NCBI GenBank assembly: GCA_049968235.1
Contig: JBMFRC010000025.1
Location: 1-40,853, forward strand
Source: Candidatus Hydrogenedens sp.
Lineage (GTDB): Bacteria > Hydrogenedentota > Hydrogenedentia > Hydrogenedentales > Hydrogenedentaceae
Length of the DNA stretch: 40,853 nucleotides
Direction of reading: 5' to 3'
Shown: positions 37,748 to 40,853 of the stretch, piece by piece
How positions within the stretch are numbered: the stretch's first letter is position 1
Layout of the letters: each line of letters starts with the position of its first letter
Translations under genes and position numbers: made by a program
Notes under the pieces: generated by a model
The model's input: only the letters and a program-made list of their open reading frames with translations
The model's database searches: none
Told to the model about the DNA's origin: nothing

Positions 37748-40153
37748 ATGTCTGAAAAGAATTTTAGTTTAGGGGGTGGAAAACATTTTGAACATAAAAA
37801 GGATAACATAAGCCCGAGTTCAATCTCTTTTTGCGAGTTAAGTCATTTTGAAGAACTATATAAGTATTGCCTTGAATCTACACCTGTTACTGCTGTTCAG
37901 GGATATTCCCCGGAGGGACAAATTTTCTTCTGGAATAAAGCCAGTGAATTACTCTATGGTTATTCTAACAACGAGGTTATCGGAAAAGACATAAAAGAAA
38001 TATTACTTCCTCCTGAAGAATGGGATACTTTTAATAAAATTGTTCAAGATATAATCCAGCGAGGGGTACCAACAGAACCGCAAAAATGGACAGTGAAAGT
38101 AAGAACGGGTGATGAGAAACATGTCCTTTCCTTTATGATACCTGCAAAAATTAAGGATACATCATATATTTTCTGTATGGATGTAGATGTTACTGAACTT
38201 ACGAATATTCAGGATAGATTAAGAGAAAGTGAACAGAAATATCGAACAATTGTTGAATCTGCTCATGAAGGAATATGGGTGGTAGATGAGGAATTTAAAA
38301 CTGTTTTTATTAATCAAAAAATGGCGGATATTCTTGGTTTTTCTCCCGAAGAAATGATTGGCAAATCTACTTTAGAATTTATACCTCCGGATGAATACTC
38401 TGATGTACAAAAACAAAGAGCGGAACGGCTAAAAGGGTATATGGGGCAATATGAACGAACACTGATATGTGCCGATAAGTCCAGACGGATATTCCTTGTA
38501 AATGCATCTCCGATTTATGACGCTTCAAACAAATTTAAAGGTACTATTTTTTTATTTTCGGATATCACCCAGAGAAAAGAATTTGAAAACATACTGAGAA
38601 GAGAACATGACCGATTACAGGAATTTTTGAATCTATCCCCTTCGTTATTTATCGTATTAGATAGAGATGGGAATATTCAGTATTTGAATAATACTGCTTA
38701 TGCAACATTGAAATGTAATAACTCTGTAATAGGGAAGAACTGGTTCTCGACTTTCGTTGCACCTTCACAGAAAAACAATCTTCAAACACATTTTGAAGAA
38801 ACCATGAAAGAAAAAACAATCTCGGATTTAGAAGATATTGTTCATGTTATAAACACAAAAAACGAAGAAAGGGTACTTATCTTGAGACATGCCTTTTTAT
38901 ATAGTGATGAGGGGACGATTAGCGGACTTATATGTTCCGGTATGGACATAACCGATAAAATTCAAGCAGAAAAAGAACGACGGGCTATGGAAGAGAAAAT
39001 ACGACAGACCCAGCGTTTAGAAAGTATCGGAATTCTTGCGGGAGGTATGGCTCATGACTTCAACAACCTGCTTGTGGGAATTATTGGGAATGCGGATTTA
39101 GCTCTTATGGAAATCCCACCCGATTCGTCAGCCAATTATTACTTAAAAGAAATTATTCGCATTTCTAAAGAACTTACCCATCTATCTCAACAACTATTAG
39201 CATATGCAGGTAAGGGAAAAACTTTCGTTAAACCCATTTCCTTGACGGCACTTATTAAAAATATTGAAACACTAATTATACTCTCCGTCCCTAAAAAAGT
39301 TGCAGTTAAATTCGATTTGGATGAAAATCTTCCGTTGATTAATGCTGACCCTGCCCATCTACAACAGTTAATTATTAATTTGATTCTCAATGCGGCGGAA
39401 GCCATAGGGGATAAATCGGGGGTTATTACAATTGTTACAAAATATATGTATTGCGATAAGAAATACTGGCAAACAACTTATTTCGGCGAAAATTGTAAAG
39501 AAGGAACTTATATCTATTTAGAAATTATTGATAACGGGTCGGGTATATCAAAAGATGTTAAAGACCGTATGTTCGAACCATTCTTCACAACAAAATTTAT
39601 CGGCAGGGGGTTAGGACTCTCCGCTGTAGCAGGAATTGTCAGAGCCCACAATGGTGCTATTAAAGTCTATACGGAAATGGGGAAGGGGACTTCTTTCAAG
39701 GTTTTCTTCCCTGCCATAGAGGAAACTAAAAACTATCCCAAAACCATTGAATCTAAACAGGAAGAATTGGGACAAAAAACAGAGAAAAAACAAATACTCG
39801 TTGTTGACGATGAAAAGTTAGTGCGGGATACTGTAAAAAACATGCTTGAAATTGGTGGTTATCATATTCTTCTCGCTTCCAACGGTGAGGAAGCCATAAA
39901 AATTTACAAAGAGAACAATGACCAAATCGCACTGGTGTTATTAGATATGACCATGCCTATTATGGATGGAGAAGAAACTTTTCGTGAATTGCGTCGTATT
40001 AATCCCGAAGTAAAAGTTCTCTTATCCAGTGGCTACAACGAAAAGGATATTTTAGAACGATTCATCGGCAAGGGACTTACCGGATTTATTCAAAAGCCTT
40101 TTATTCTGTCCTCACTGTTGGAAAGTATAAAGAAAGCCTTAGAAGAAGTTTGA
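37748..40153 (+). CDS. Hybrid sensor histidine kinase/response regulator with three PAS domains (PAS-PAS-PAS-HisKA-HATPase_c-REC)
   Basis: PAS-like blocks at ~aa 40-150, 160-280 and 290-400. H-box GGMAHDFNNLL. N, G1 and G2 boxes (INLILNAAEA, DNGSGI, GRGLGLS). Receiver domain with VVDDE...LLDMTMPIMDG...LSSGY. Confidence 0.9.
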   Translation: MSEKNFSLGGGKHFEHKKDNISPSSISFCELSHFEELYKYCLESTPVTAVQGYSPEGQIFFWNKASELLYGYSNNEVIGKDIKEILLPPEEWDTFNKIVQDIIQRGVPTEPQKWTVKVRTGDEKHVLSFMIPAKIKDTSYIFCMDVDVTELTNIQDRLRESEQKYRTIVESAHEGIWVVDEEFKTVFINQKMADILGFSPEEMIGKSTLEFIPPDEYSDVQKQRAERLKGYMGQYERTLICADKSRRIFLVNASPIYDASNKFKGTIFLFSDITQRKEFENILRREHDRLQEFLNLSPSLFIVLDRDGNIQYLNNTAYATLKCNNSVIGKNWFSTFVAPSQKNNLQTHFEETMKEKTISDLEDIVHVINTKNEERVLILRHAFLYSDEGTISGLICSGMDITDKIQAEKERRAMEEKIRQTQRLESIGILAGGMAHDFNNLLVGIIGNADLALMEIPPDSSANYYLKEIIRISKELTHLSQQLLAYAGKGKTFVKPISLTALIKNIETLIILSVPKKVAVKFDLDENLPLINADPAHLQQLIINLILNAAEAIGDKSGVITIVTKYMYCDKKYWQTTYFGENCKEGTYIYLEIIDNGSGISKDVKDRMFEPFFTTKFIGRGLGLSAVAGIVRAHNGAIKVYTEMGKGTSFKVFFPAIEETKNYPKTIESKQEELGQKTEKKQILVVDDEKLVRDTVKNMLEIGGYHILLASNGEEAIKIYKENNDQIALVLLDMTMPIMDGEETFRELRRINPEVKVLLSSGYNEKDILERFIGKGLTGFIQKPFILSSLLESIKKALEEV

Positions 40154-40267
40154 TTAAACATCATAAAAAACCTATTTGGATTTTTACCCCAATAACTCAT
40201 TATAATATCCATCATTTTATTTTTAATCGTGCTAAAAAACGAAATCATTCCTCATATCAAGTCATGC

Positions 40268-40357
40268 GGAGAGATGTCCGAGTGGCTTAAGGAGCACGCT
40301 TGGAAAGCGTGTGTACGGGAAACCGTACCGAGGGTTCGAATCCCTCTCTCTCCGCCA
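40268..40357 (+). tRNA. tRNA-Ser, anticodon GGA, long variable arm, CCA encoded
   Basis: Acceptor GGAGAGA/TCTCTCC. Anticodon stem CACGC/GCGTG with loop TTGGAAA. Variable-arm hairpin GTACGG-GAAA-CCGTAC. T-arm GAGGG-TTCGAAT-CCCTC. Discriminator G + CCA. Confidence 0.85.
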
Positions 40358-40569
40358 ATTGGAATTTAAGGTAGCTGGCTCGCCCTATGCGAGGGCTCGC
40401 CAACAGATTTTAGGCGCAAAATTGAATTTTTTGTCTTTGTCCCGCAAAGCGGGACGCCAGAAGCGGGCCTTTCTTATCTTTCTTGATTGATTTTAATTTA
40501 TTTGTTTTCATTATATTGAAAGTAAGGGTTGTAAATAGTACAATAATATACTATCAAATTATTGAAAAT

Positions 40570-40776
40570 ATGGCAAGAGAAAATAACATTGGAGAAAATA
40601 TAAAGAAATACCGTACAAAACAAGGATTGTCGCAGGAAGATTTTGCTAGAAAATCCGGCGTCAAATATACCACCTTGACCAAAATTGAAAGCGGAGTTAT
40701 TAAAAAACCTTCTGTCTTGGTTATGGCAAAAATAGCCAAAGCATTAGGTGTTAATATTGAGGAGTTAATAAAATAA
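40570..40776 (+). CDS. Small XRE-family helix-turn-helix transcriptional regulator (68 aa)
   Basis: IGENIKKYRTKQGLSQEDFARKSGVKYTTLTKIESG is a classic HTH_3/Cro-C1 motif. The upstream in-frame extension to 40483 is hydrophobic and low-complexity, so it is judged not coding. Confidence 0.7.
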   Translation: MARENNIGENIKKYRTKQGLSQEDFARKSGVKYTTLTKIESGVIKKPSVLVMAKIAKALGVNIEELIK

Positions 40777-40781
40777 AATTA

Positions 40782-40853
40782 TGGAAAACAACAGAATTGT
40801 AAAAATTCTTCAAGATTTTTGGCCAAGAAACAAAGCAAAGGGTTTGCTGGCCC
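40782..40853 (+). CDS. 5' fragment of an ORF (MENNRIVKILQDFWPRNKAKGLLA...) starting 5 nt after the XRE stop; truncated by window end
   Basis: ATG 5 nt downstream of the XRE stop codon, suggesting operon coupling. Only 24 codons are visible. Confidence 0.3.

Noticed and set aside
40483-40569. N-terminal extension of the XRE ORF given in the ORF track (MIDFNLFVFIILKVRVVNSTIIYYQIIEN...)
   Set aside because: Hydrophobic, low-complexity, AT-rich and not part of any HTH_3 protein. The ATG at 40570 gives a canonical 68-aa Cro/C1-type protein.
1-40853. CRISPR arrays, insertion sequences, integrases and rRNA genes
   Set aside because: No regularly spaced direct repeats, transposase or integrase motifs, or rRNA-like conserved stretches were seen on either strand. 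The only tandem repeats are the coding repeats in the protease gene.

Overview
This is a 40.9-kb window from a low-GC (roughly 35-42%) bacterial chromosome. The mix of families (DUF1080, Gfo/Idh/MocA, PmoA-like, URO-D-like, dockerin/EF-hand, Slt-TPR) resembles glycan-degrading PVC-superphylum or candidate-phylum organisms; that assignment is inference only. Gene order (tRNA coordinates hand-parsed and +/-1 nt; ORFs also carry terminal/start uncertainty): (i) A 5' partial minus-strand gene, then a divergent tRNA cluster: Val-CAC on minus, Glu-TTC and Gln-TTG on plus. (ii) A conserved prs-rplY(ctc)-pth operon, translationally coupled to an orphan IlvH-like ACT-domain gene and ending in a strong terminator. 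(iii) A plus-strand run: zinc-ribbon coiled-coil protein, FolC, a cytoplasmic Gfo/Idh/MocA oxidoreductase, a TPR/Slt lytic transglycosylase, a tandem DUF1080 (3-keto-disaccharide-hydrolase family) protein, terminator. (iv) A lower-GC stretch with two uroporphyrinogen-decarboxylase-like (URO-D) paralogues flanking a membrane-anchored SGNH/GDSL hydrolase broken by two homopolymer frameshifts, plus an unknown ORF and long A15/T11 tracts. (v) A tight three-gene operon: PmoA-like (DUF6807-like) secreted protein, Tat-signal Gfo/Idh/MocA oxidoreductase, xylose-isomerase-like TIM-barrel enzyme. This looks like a periplasmic oxidative (3-keto) glycoside-processing cassette. (vi) DUF4139 secreted protein, YjeF-N epimerase, ThpR, YggT and PckA. 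(vii) A 1023-aa secreted glycoside-hydrolase-like protein, then an HDAC-family deacetylase, a Tat-signal parallel beta-helix protein and a 724-aa polytopic membrane protein in one operon. (viii) On the minus strand: a frameshifted alpha/beta hydrolase; a 943-aa secreted papain-family (C1) protease with an unusual MAM-like + 2x PASTA + acidic 38-aa tandem repeats + EF-hand/dockerin-like C-terminus; and a clan GH-A-like glycoside hydrolase. (ix) A triple-PAS hybrid histidine kinase/response regulator, tRNA-Ser(GGA), and a small XRE regulator tightly followed by a truncated ORF at the window edge. No CRISPR array, transposase, integrase or rRNA was seen. Candidates for the less-described biology are the PmoA-like/Tat-oxidoreductase/TIM-barrel operon, the HDAC/beta-helix/membrane-protein operon, the URO-D-like/SGNH cluster and the multidomain PASTA-dockerin protease. 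All family assignments are from motif recognition by eye and need HMM/BLAST confirmation.
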